A stretch of 63,932 nt of DNA, filler included, from Choristocarpus tenellus KU-1152 (lineage: Eukaryota > Protista > Phaeophyceae), in the NCBI GenBank assembly GCA_964200185.2. It is 13 parts of 13 records of this genome, joined end to end, with 100 filler letters (N's around TTAATTAATTAA, not from the genome) between each part and the next. Parts side by side here need not be neighbours in the genome. Positions count along the whole stretch, not along the records: positions 22,295 to 30,632 come from CAXNAD020004840.1; positions 30,733 to 35,744 come from CAXNAD020012170.1; positions 35,845 to 45,364 come from CAXNAD020003614.1; 10 more parts are not named here. One strand, given 5' to 3'. Below are positions 25,701 to 37,326 of this stretch, one piece after another (within the stretch, counting starts at the first letter, position 1; each line of letters starts with the position of its first letter). A program made the position numbers and the translations under genes. The notes below the pieces were generated by a model that was not told the DNA's origin, did not search any database, and saw nothing but the letters and a program-made list of their open reading frames with translations.

Positions 25701-27195
25701 GGCAATTACACTTTGGTCTCAAGATTGCAACAGCAATACATACTGGGTTTCGTCTCTCGGGAACCAGGAAGAACGAAATAGTGTTTGACCAGATAGGGCT
25801 AAGGAAATGGCTCTTATCCAAATAGTACCAGATTTCTTTGAATAAATCCACATCCTCCCTCACCTTTTTCTTCTCGTGGAGCTCCCTCTCCAGTTTCTTG
25901 TAAATACTGTCAAACACCACTCGTTCCCTACGGAGAGTATCAATCCTTTCACGTAAATTCTTGTTGAATGCCAGGGATTCATTAAATTTTACTAATGCCT
26001 GTCCATACCAAAAGGGGGGAGGAGATATGTCATGACATCAGGGCACAGGAAAAATATTAAAGCCAAAGATTGCTGAAACATGAATTGTGAAAATGGGAAA
26101 ACTCGGAAAGGTCGTGATATTTGCTGATATATTATCGTGCACAACTTAGCATTCTTATCAGGTTAGACTGTATAAAGAATTAATCGAGATTACAGGGGTT
26201 CACCTTATCGAGACGATTCTCGAGAGTACGGATCTGCTTAGCAATCATCTCATTGTTCTCCTGTGATGCGTTAAGTCCTCCCATTTTCTGACGTTGCTCT
26301 AAGACCCTGGACTGGGTCGCGGCTATCAGCCTGTCCAGCTCTTCAATCTTCCTGCGATCCTGTGCAACAAGTATCATGTAAAAGTAGGGTTAGTAGTGAC
26401 ATGCTACAATCTAGACTCGTTTCACGAACAGATTGCACGCTAAGAGGAGCACATTTTATGCATTGGTTGTAACACAATCTGTTGTTCCTGACTTGGTGCG
26501 GGAACATTTCAACAACTCATGTAGACAGCATGAGCTCACCTGCTCGATCTTCTTGGCATACATATCTGCCTGGTCCTGCAACCGGGTGATCTCAGCCGAC
26601 GCCGTAGGGTTCGTACTAAAGCGTGACTCCCGTGATTCTCTTGCCAAGTCGGATTTAAGGCGCTCATTGCCATGACGGATACCATCGATTGCAGCCCTGC
26701 CGTGATTCGTAGGACGTTCATTTTTACGACTGGGACCCTCTGCCACGTTTTCTATCAGTCTAGTTAGTATGCAGCTCTCCGTCTTGGAAGGTTATACTTT
26801 GTGGGGTCCAACACAGTGTAGAGAACAGGGTCACCTCGGGTCCCTATGTCACACCCTTTGCCATGATTCACAGGGCATTAATATACGAACTGACCATTCA
26901 GGTGCTTTTTGATCAGAGTCGTGTTCGTGCACAATTCTCTGACTTGTCATGGAAAGTTACTGTTTGAGGTTATTCATAATAAGGAAGACAGAGATCATCT
27001 AGGGTCCCTAAGTCTCCTGTTAACACGAACTTGTACGGTAGGAAAGCGGCGTATGTAAATCTACTGCATCTCGCACGTGAGGAAAGCTCAACTCAAAAAC
27101 GACATTTGACCTCCCCTCCCAATCGAGATAGCTTACTTTTGCTTCTTAACACGGTTGATGGAGGTGTCCTCGAACTTAGACGCCTTGTACGACAT
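22768..27195 (-). CDS. ODAD1: Outer dynein arm docking complex subunit 2 (ODA1/DC2; CCDC114/CCDC63-like), 8 exons, 3' partial
   Basis: In-phase exons 27195-27137, 26696-26540, 26359-26204, 25998-25864, 25320-25234, 24694-24573, 23625-23487 and 22874-22768. They give KQIRTLENRLDK-ALVKFNESLAFNKNLRERIDTLRRERVVFDSIYKKLERELHEKKK-EMAAII...SYEAAFNK-IKESTG...FLEAEEKNFSLFNFVN, the DC2 coiled-coil signature. The start codon is uncertain because the frame is open upstream. Confidence 0.93.
24285..24541 (+). mobile_element. MITE family 2, full copy in an ODA-DC2 intron
   Basis: GAGTGAAAGTATCTTAGAGGGTA ... TACCCTCTAAGATACTTTGGCTC; flanks TTCT/TTCA; about 30 bp from a 5' splice site. Confidence 0.9.
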
Positions 27196-27422
27196 TGGAG
27201 AGGTGGGTAGCGAGGGTTCTGCTTCCTCCACACTAAGTGACACCAACGTTTCAGAATTTCTGTGGAGTCTTTGTTTCGGTTTCTGACTTGAAATTGAAAA
27301 ATTGCAAAGAGGCGTTCATCGGCAAATAGAGTCAGTAGGTATCTTTTGGAGATTGAAAAGGGGCAACATTGTAGTTCTGTTTCTGGTGCATAGTTTCAAC
27401 GTGGCGGACGGACAAGTTAAGG
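27196..27422. promoter_or_regulatory. Putative bidirectional promoter
   Basis: 227 bp between divergent predicted ATGs of ODA-DC2 (27195, minus) and HIBADH (27423, plus); inferred from position only. Confidence 0.55.
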
Positions 27423-29786
27423 ATGAGATCGCTTGTACGATTGTTTGGGATAGTAGGGAAAGGAACGTATTGTAGTCATTCCGTGGAGACCTTGGCCAGT
27501 CCCTCTCGGCGCTCGTTATTCGGACGGGTTGGTTTCGTTGGACTTGGCAATATGGGTGAGAGTGCAACACATAGTTTGATACATAATGGTTGAAGTGTTG
27601 TAATCCCTCAATAACTCCGGGGTCACAATCTTAATAAATTTAATCCAGTCTTCATCTGCAATCTGGATGGAATCTTTAGCCCAAGTCCTGTTTTCGTGTA
27701 GGTCATGAGACTGGTGTGTTAGATCGGTGGGCCCTGCTCCAGTTCATCCCCATCCTCTCCATCCACTCCAACGATTGCGCTTCCCTTGATACTCTCGGGC
27801 ATATGCTTGTACTCCATATTTTTTCTTATGGTACATGCAGCGATGGACCACTGCTCGATCTCCTGTTGACCACTGAATTGTTGTTGTGGACAGGAGTATT
27901 GTATAGACAGCACGAAATATCGTCCCCCAAGGACACAGCCCAGTGATTCATTTGCTTGATACCCATACTCTGCCAGGTTCATCGATGGCAACCAACCTGG
28001 CCAGTTCCGGTTATGATGTCTTGGTATATGATGGTGAGCTGGATGAGAGTCTCCGGCATGGATGTATATCCCTCTTCTCTCCATTAGGAAGACCTGTCGT
28101 ACCTGTATCTACGTGAAAAATGTCATCCCTGTTCGTAAGAGGCCTTGTGACAACCACTTGGGCATGACAGTAGTGGAAACCAGTCAAGACTTTCATTGTA
28201 CTATTTTTGAAGTCCACTGGTGCTTTAGGTTTGAAGTAGAAGAGCACACTGCAACTATATATAGGTATTGGAGACACCCCGCAAGGCATTACAGTTATTG
28301 TTAAGAATTTAACTGTCCGTAATGTGCACTATCATTCTGACGAGCTCTCAAATCAGCCTCTAAGTTCCAACTCCTATCCCATCACTTCTAACACGACTTG
28401 TCTCCCTAACCCAGTGGACCCGTTGAAGATATCAGCACTGGTCTCTTCGTCACGAGCGTCCCCAGCATCATCCCTTCAGGAGGTTGCTGAAAGCTGTTCA
28501 TCAATTGTAACGATGCTTCCCAACACTCCTCACGCCAAAGCTGTATATCTCGGAACTCAGGGCAAAGGAGGGGTTGGGGGCACTGGTCAGGGAAAGGTTG
28601 AGGGACTGTTGAGCTGGACTCGGCCAGGCACTATATTGATTGACTCCAGCACCATTGACCCGCTTGCATCAAGACAGATCAATGCCTCTGCTACAGCAAA
28701 GGTATGTGACCAGTGGGAAGATTGATTGCGACTAGGTTCAGTAGGTGTGCCAGTTCCTTGAGTGCTTCACTACTCCTTTTGTCACGACATCTGACCTTCA
28801 AACATTTCCCGATCTAGGGGCAAGGGTAGGGGTAGCTCTATCAACACAAACGTACTACCTCGTTGATGTACAGCAGATTTACTCTCCAGAGAGAGTGTGG
28901 TGCATTATTGATGTTCTGAGTTGGCGTGCTTCAATGGAAACTATATCAAGTGCCCATTCAATCCAATTATGCTCAACCTCAGCCACTGACTACTCTCATC
29001 GTATTCCCTACAGCTTGCCTTTAACCCGACACACTGGACAGGATACAAAATAGCTGGGGAGGGTTAGTTAGGAGGGTGGAAGAGGGAACAGATTGTTTCT
29101 ATCTTGTGTGAGGAGCTCCAGAACACTCCAATCCAATGACACGTCGATTTCACTTAACGTTCAAAAGTATCAATGCTAATTGGTCTTGTTTCCACCCTCA
29201 TGTCTAACACAATTCCAGATGATTTAGATGGTGTATTGCCAACCTTGAAACATGAGGAAAAAAAAGAAGAGATTTTTTTAAAAAGTGTATCAACTTTTAA
29301 TGAAAGATCATAGTTTTGAAAGCGCTACAAAATCGGATTTATCTGCAATTTGTGAAAGGTTCCAAAGTATATATAAATAAACTCAATGTAAGCACGCTTC
29401 GTTTTGTCTACAGAACTAGCTCTCCATGGTATAGAAAATGCTGAATTAGATGTCAAAGATGAAGGAGAAACACTAGAAAAACAATAGATTTGAAAACACC
29501 ATAATAATGTGAAAAAAAAAACCTACTAATAAGTCTAGACGTCAACCCACGACCCCCTCCCACTCCACACCACCTTCTGTCTGACATCCCCCAAATTATC
29601 TTTCACAAGGGTGCAGTGATGCTGGATGCCCCAGTCAGTGGCGGAGTAACGGCTGCAGCAGGTGCAACCCTGACCTTCATTGTTGGAGGAAGCACTGAGG
29701 GGCTAGAAACCTCTCGCCCCCTGCTGGAGGCTATGGGGAACAATGTGGTGCATTGTGGGGAAGTTGGGGCAGGTTGTGTGGCAAAG
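27423..29786 (+). CDS. HIBADH: 3-hydroxyisobutyrate dehydrogenase, mitochondrial, first four exons
   Basis: In-phase exons 27423-27555 (Arg/Ser-rich leader, VGFVGLGNMG), 27977-28033 (SSMATNL...VLVYD), 28415-28701 (IVTMLPN...LIDSSTIDP) and 29610-29786 (LDAPVSGG...LTFIVGG...HCGEVGAGCVAK). Confidence 0.95.
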
Positions 29787-30732
29787 GTGGGGCTTACAGA
29801 TACTTTGGTGTGTTGTCTTGGAGGAGGAGTGCGGTAGTCCAACTGTTATGCTAGGGCTATGTACTATCTTCAGGGATACGCGGGTTGTAATTTGACAGAC
29901 TTATTCCCGTAGCTGTTAGTATTGCATTTTAATGGCTATGGCCTACTACGTGTACTCTGAAATTTTTCGCTATGCTTTTTTTTTTTCTCTGGAATTTGAA
30001 TGTTTCGTTACCTTTTTTTTTTTTCTATGTGTACTTGAGCTTGCGGAACTGCCTTCAGGTGCCCAGGTTTTGAAACCGTGCAGTAACAAGTACAAGCGGT
30101 ATCCTGTTAGGACTTGCATCGGAGTTGTTCGTTGCAGTCTCCATGCTTCAAAAACCAACAAAAGCGACGTAAATTGTTTTTCTGCTGCCTCTCTAGTCTG
30201 GGGTACACAATGGTAGGAAGGCGGTGGAGGGTGTGTCCGCTTGTAGGTGGTCGCCTCAGGGCGGCTCCTACACCAAAACGAGCACTACGACACGCTTGTT
30301 GGTCATGTACTGTGTAAGCACGCTCACTGTCAGAAGCAAAGCAAAGAGTTGAAAACGGTTCTGAGAGCCTACGGGCGCCGGATACATGTAACCAGCAGCA
30401 AAAAACAAAAGTTTGTTTCCTCGTAACCCCCCAGTCAAGTTTGTTGAAGTTCCTCAGATCTCTCATTACCCCCAAAGGGGTCCGTGCCAGTTTAGACTGG
30501 CCTCGCCCAGTGGATATAAAATGTCCACCGTGTGTCCTTGCCCGTTGCACTGTAAGCAACATTCTTGTGGGCACAAGGCTTGGAGTGAAGCCCCCCCCCC
30601 CCCCCCCACACCTCCTTCAGGCTAGAACTTTTNNNNNNNNNNNNNNNNNNNNNNNNNNNNNNNNNNNNNNNNNNNNTTAATTAATTAANNNNNNNNNNNN
30701 NNNNNNNNNNNNNNNNNNNNNNNNNNNNNNNN

Positions 30733-30823
30733 GTTGGATGGATACTGTAAATGCATTTTTCCCGATTTTGGTCCGAATGGACACCCTGGTGTAGACCCCC
30801 CCTCCTCCCAGATACTTTGGGTC
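30733..30823 (+). mobile_element. MITE family 1, right end at contig start
   Basis: ...GTGTAGACCCCCC...AGATACTTTGGGTC. Confidence 0.85.
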
Positions 30824-31870
30824 AACTTGTGAGAAGCACAGCAGGAGCGGAGGCAGTACAAATTATTGGCAGTCCAACAATAGCTATTCGGTAGTTAGAA
30901 CATTATGGTACGAGAAGTAGTGCAGTGTGTAGTGCCTCTGACCACATTCCGGGATAGTCCCCACACTGATGTGACCATAATATTGAGAATAACACAACAG
31001 CAGACCCAGCATAGTACAGACTACTACTACTACTCTATCTCAGTCCTTCTTTTGAGTTGATGACAGGATGTATGCATGTATGTATAGCACATCTCCCATC
31101 TTCTTTAACCAACAACCTCCACTTTTTGAAGCAAGGTCTCCTACAACGCCAGGAACCCAATACTAGACCTACATGCACATTCACACTTCAAGTGTATGCT
31201 GTTGTTGACCACATTCAGTCGCAGGGAAGATGTTTAAATACAATAATTTCTGTTGACAGACGGCTATCGGTTTTGCTAACTAGTACCAAGGAATAACATC
31301 CAACACCATGCCATGCTGCGCCCAGGGAGAGGCTAGATCCACCAGAAGAGTACACAGTGTGTCACCACACGATTAAGTGCGGAACAGGATCATAGCCAGA
31401 GGTAGGACTCACCCAAGATGAACAAGTTCTTGGGTACACGTAAGTCCTTATTCCCTGTCAAGAGTCAGGCATTGAGATATAGGCAGGGATGAATTTCAAG
31501 GAAATGGCAAAAAGACAAGCCATTTTGTACATTTGTGTGTGTAAAGGGGGAATACCAATTTTGCGACATTATTTATGCATGTAAAGGAATGAAATGGAGT
31601 GTAATCGTACAAGGTAAGAAAAATAGGTTAGAAGGCAAAAGGGTTTAGACCTGCCTACTACCTCTCAATTTGGCATGAACTAGGGAGCACATACTATCAT
31701 GCCCTTGTTAGTCTTTCTCTGTGAAGTCCATGTTTTTTTGACATTTTTCGGTGGGATTTTGTGTTTTTATTACTCGTATAATCAATCGTAGTTTAGAGGT
31801 AGGTGGGATGACTGTAGACTATAAAATGTGATGGCGGAGCTGGAAGTCTGTAGCTGAGTTCGAGTATCTA

Positions 31871-32289
31871 CCAACCTACTTGCCTGCGCTCAAGCATCTA
31901 AACACTGTCAACCAAGTATCATACGACATGCCCTCATTAGAGCTCTTCTAATGGTTGATATCTTTCTTGGTTCCTACAATGGAGAAATTAAAGGTAGAAC
32001 TAAATTGGTTACCTCGCAAAATAGCAAAGAGAAAAAGCAATGCCATTTCTAAGTTGGGTAAAAGATACCGACCAACTTGCCTAAGCTCATGTATCTAAAC
32101 ATTTCAACCAAGTATCACACGACATGCCCTCATTAGACCTCTTAAAATGACGGAAATCATTCTTGGCCCATAAAAATGAAATAAAAGGTAAATGAATAAA
32201 AGGTAAATGAAATAAAAGGTAGAAATACATTGGGTGCCTCGCAAAATAGCAAAGAGAAATAGCAATACTGTTTCTGGGTTGGGTCAAAG
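31871..32289. repeat. Diverged tandem duplication, about 195-220 bp x2
   Basis: Both units share CAACCAAGTATCA..CGACATGCCCTCATTAGA and CCTCGCAAAATAGCAAAGAGAAA. Confidence 0.85.
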
Positions 32290-32775
32290 AAAAGAAAGGG
32301 AAATATCAACTCAAATCTCCTCCACCATATATAATCTTTAAATCTTAGGTAAGGTACCAGAGTTACATTGTAACAATTGAGTGGGTCAACCCTCCGTTGT
32401 TATGGAAAGCAATTTCTATTATTTATATAATGAGATGTAGTGTAGTATATGACTTTATGATCACCAGATGTATAGTTGAAAGTGAGATACCTAGAAGCAG
32501 CGAACTCCTGGAGTGTGTGTTTTGAACGCACCCCTGTATAAGAGATACCCTCATCAAACGAAGGCGTTGTGATCATGGGTTTATTATTGTATTATGCGCT
32601 TGATTGAATGAGTTGACTTCATATGGCTGTATGATAAGGTTATATTACATCAAGTGAAACGCCACATGATTACCTGTGAGTATTAAAATAGTTCCCACAG
32701 GGTACACTTAAACGTAATTTGAGTTTGTGAGACTGTCAATTTGGACCTACATCATCAAGTGGCCAAAGATGGACG

Positions 32776-34131
32776 ATGGCGACCCAGGAAGAGGTTGGTC
32801 GTCATAGTAGTTGAAGGAGAGATATTTGTCCCTGTACTCCCTTCTCTCTCTGTCCTCCCCCGTTTTGTGTTGTTCACTTTTGCTGAGGAATATCGCATGA
32901 ACGAGGTTCGCAGCTCAGACAACCTGTTTTCCAAACCCACCGTTATCTAATAGTTTCACCGAAGGAAAGAAGAAAAGCGAAGACTCTTCGCCATCCCAGG
33001 CGTACGGGAGAGTGCAATTGAAGCGTACGACCAGCCCAAGATCCGTACGGCGGCTTATCGTCGTCGTCTTGAGGAAAGACTACTGGCAAGTAGGGAGCGA
33101 GACCAGAATGACATCGAAGGCTTACCAAAACTTGACACGTTGGTGGCATTCCTGCGAACTGAGGTGAGACTAGTAACTGAACATCAGGGGTGGCACTCCT
33201 ATTGCTTCACCAACGAAAATTATCATTCGCGTGATTGCAGGAGCTTCTACTCAGAGGGTCAGTGCAAAATTGTACCCACGAATAATGCACTTCTGTTCCC
33301 CTGATTCTATACCTTTTTCTCTACTTCTGCAGGAGTCACAGATCGCCAACCAGGGTGTCCCGAGGAACAAGTTGACAATGGACAAAATGGACAATACCAT
33401 TGCCACTGCCAGTAACCTTTACGTTGGGCGGGGATCTGTCAGAAAGCTCTTCTCTGCGCAACTGAGAGGACGCCAGGTTTACAGTGGGCCATTCGGTGCG
33501 ATCGACGAGCCAGACACCACTAGTCATGTGCCAAGACGCGAAGGCCAGCCTTACTGCAGGTAACCTGATGTAGTCCTAGACTTGGTAAGAGTGAAGGAAG
33601 GGTGTACACCATGTCTTCAGTAAAGAAGGAGTCACTACACAGGAAGTGCACTGCTTGATCCATGGGTGATACTCTTGCGACTAATCGTTACCATGCCTAC
33701 CGCTATTTTCACTTCCACAGCTCTCCAATGTGAATTCTGATCTGATCACTTAGTTCTTCCAGACACAAAGAGTACATACACACTTGTAACAGTGAAAATT
33801 GTCCCTTCCCAGAGGCTTAGAGGTGAAAAAAGATTGTGCTGAGGGCCTAGCAGCAGTATCCACATTGGAAGGAGACCACGGTCTGATTTCGTCAGAATTT
33901 ATGGAGCAAACAGTATCTCGAGATTTGCCAAATAAATCAGATGAGCTGCTGGAAGATGCACTAGAGCGAAGGAGAGCGAAGCAAGCAAGAAACGAGAGCT
34001 TCTTTTCAATCTACAGGCTAGTATTCATGCTTTTTATGGAATGCTTGCTAGCATACTCAGTTGAAACAAAATGCACACGAGAAACCTTACACAAGCCACA
34101 CCATGGCTCCTGTATTAATCTGCTAATTTGA
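32776..34131 (+). CDS. Hypothetical multi-exon protein, family not recognised
   Basis: Phase-consistent exons 32776-32793, 32954-33163, 33333-33559 and 33813-onward with GT donors and AG acceptors (strong pyrimidine tract before 33333). First exon and 3' end uncertain. Confidence 0.55.
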
Positions 34132-35040
34132 AATTTAAAAAGCTAGTAACCTTATCACATTACAAGAAATATGCCATTGAGAAGGCAACACGGCTCTTGT
34201 TGATGCCTCACATATTCAAAATTGAAACATGAAACTCTATAAACCATATTCCTCGCCCTTACCTACCTAGCTCTTCAAACATTAGGCTCTTACTACCCCT
34301 CGACCTTGTTAAATTCCTCACACATCTCCCAGAATTACATTACTTTTTTGGTGCATCTTTATAACAAAAACCCCATTGATGGATTCATGTAGACTTAGTA
34401 TTAGGTATTTCTTGGTAGTAACATTCTTGTAGTAGCACAAGCACCAGAACTTGGCAGTGCTCTGCAAAGAAATGGAAGGTCGAATTGAACATTGAAGCTG
34501 TTTGTTGTCTGTGCTTCCTAATGCTAGCCCCCTCTTGACATGCCAAGGCCATACTAGAGACAGCTGTAGTGAGAGTAACATAGCTGTTGGACACTGTATA
34601 GGCACTACCAGATGCAAAGCTATGGATATTTGTACCTGCTATCAGACAACCCAACCCCACAAGAAATAGAAAATACGCCCAGTCAGCTAACTAGGAGCAA
34701 AAACAACATGAAACAACAGAAGAGTGACCGATCCGTTCAGGTTCAATGAGATTCAATGTTCTGGAAAGTGTGTACAAATAGGGCTGTGTGCGCATAGGTG
34801 TGCAATGTGCCGAGCCAATCTACCAACCACTAAACCAGCCAGTCAGGAATTTCGAAATGCTGGGATTTGCTAAACTTTGTACAGAACAGAAATATGGGGA
34901 AAAATGCAAGTGGTATTCTGTTGGAAATGGAGTAGAAGTTCCACTCCACATTCATAGCAACAGTACCGATTTGATAGAGTAGGGAATGACATCCAAAGCA
35001 GTTATTTCCATTAAGAGGAAATAGTGATACAGCCTATATG

Positions 35041-35297
35041 GTGTGAGAGCATTTAAAAGGGTAGGAGTTCTGCCTATTTGTCCATTATGGGCTTGGCTTG
35101 CCATGGATGTTTTATGCCCTTTGTCGGTTTTCTGTGTGGACACAGTTACCTAAAGTTTATACGTTTTGAAAATGTGTGTCTGGAGCAAGGATATTGATAC
35201 TTGCTAACAAACACGATAGCCAAAATGAATCAAAATCGCAACATTGGATTTATGATCCCAAAAGAACACGACCCTACCCTCTTAAATGGTTTGGCTC
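35041..35297 (+). mobile_element. MITE family 2, diverged subfamily
   Basis: ...AGCATTTAAAAGGGTAGG ... CCTACCCTCTTAAATGGTTTGGCTC; interior aligns with 24285-24541. Confidence 0.75.
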
Positions 35298-37326
35298 CTG
35301 CCACCATTTTGAGTAAAAAGACACACAGCTAGTGTTATTTTTTGGGAGTCTCAGCTATTTATTTTATGAGCGTTTGAAGTGTGGGACTACGTTTCAAAAT
35401 GGGAGATGTGAACACAGAAAAATCAATTTGTTACACAGAATCCATGGTGGCTTAGGATGCTACTTGCGGTTGGTGAACTAGTGAGTGTGCTGAGCACATA
35501 GAAGTAGTAAAGAAAAAGCCTCCAAGTCCTCAATGAGGGGAGAAAACAAAGCACCTAAGAAGAATATCATGCTGAATGCATCTATTACTGATTGTGAGCA
35601 TACTTACCCGCCCCTTGAGCATTGGTATGAAGTCTCCCAAGTGTCTCCTACCCTGGAGGCAGAAATAGCCTTCCAGGCTTCTTGGTGGGGGACCAGGTTA
35701 GCCTTCCCCTCATAAGACACAGTGTGGCTCAAAGTATTTGGGGGNNNNNNNNNNNNNNNNNNNNNNNNNNNNNNNNNNNNNNNNNNNNTTAATTAATTAA
35801 NNNNNNNNNNNNNNNNNNNNNNNNNNNNNNNNNNNNNNNNNNNNCTCATAGTCCCGCTCCATCCTCAATTTTGAGAATCTGCTGTTTTTTGTGTCAACTG
35901 GTTGCTCAAAAAGGATGTATGGTCAGGAGATATTTATGGTGGAGTGAGGGGTGGTGGGTGAGGTTCTTTGTGTTGAATATTGATCTAATCCTAAGATGTT
36001 CAGAGAACGTTTTGAGAGAAAGAAAATATTCGGGAAAGAGAATTCTACAATTTTCGAATTACAGAAGTTTAAAATAGAATGCAATCCCATTCCACATAAT
36101 AACAGTCAATATAACGGTTCTCAACACTATTATGATCTTTAGTTAAAGAAGATCTGTCAGGTACAAAAGGTCACCTTGCATGGAAAGAACTCTTCATGCA
36201 CACTATTCTCTGTTTACATCACATTTTCGAACGTAACAACTATCCTTCAGCCATCATTTAGAACCCTTAAACTGTTTGAACACATGGACATTGTGAATGT
36301 TCTAAAGTTAATTTGACTTCCTGTTTCATAGAAAAAACAACAGACTAGGAAAAACTGGTGTGATTATCCATCACACCTAACATATAATCCCAGAAAATAT
36401 ATTTTTTATTTAGTTATTTAGATTTTTTTAAATTAAAAACAAGTTTTAGAAAAGCCAACAACAACCACCTTTATCTTCACAGAGTCCTGAGTCAGAGGGT
36501 TAAAACACACCTTAAATCCCAACACATCGTATACAGCCTATACCATCACGACACTGCGCGAGAAAAGATTTCATTTCGACACGCTCACCACCAAACACAA
36601 AATACACTACTAGCACTAGTATGGATGAATAATTTCATTTCAGTTACGTCTTGGTAAATGCAACGACCAAAAACATTTTGTGTACACTCAATTTCACACT
36701 AGTTTCAAAAGTGCAAATTGGGTTTTAAGAGTTTGATGTTCTTACTATTTGTGTCATCTGTGTATTGTTGAACTTTTAAAATCTGCACTTTGTTGTCTTA
36801 TCCGTCCAATGAGTATAAAAGATGGAGACATACGATGTATTGCTCATACAAGATGTATCTGTAGAGCAGCATACATAGATGGCATCGAGATGAACAACAG
36901 GTACACCAATAGCATTAACATATGAATCAAAAGATGCATTTCAATGAGTGGAATACCGACTTCAAGGTAGTTTAGGTAGAAAACATGTTGACCAAAATGA
37001 CGTGAAACTGAGTGGTACATAATCCAAGTTTAATATTTAACTATCGTATCAAGACATACAATATTATGTACACTATCTTTCTACCTGGACGCAGTTACGC
37101 CATGGAAGATTAGGGTCCTTGAGGAGTTGACAGGAAGTACCTTTTCTTTCGTCGACAGTAAGAGTGGATGCCTCACACTTATCGTGGACGGGTTGGCTTC
37201 GACCATGGAATCTGGGGACACTTGCATCGCCACTGTGCTCAAGAGCACGGAGGAGTGAGAGCCCTTCTTGTACACCCTCACTGTGTAGGCAGTAGTTGAC
37301 GACTCTCATACAAGTAGTGTTCTCCT

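Noticed and set aside
5716-29786. RPN9-MTHFR-DC2-HIBADH as a gene cluster
   Set aside because: They lie on separate concatenated contigs; only DC2 and HIBADH are truly adjacent.
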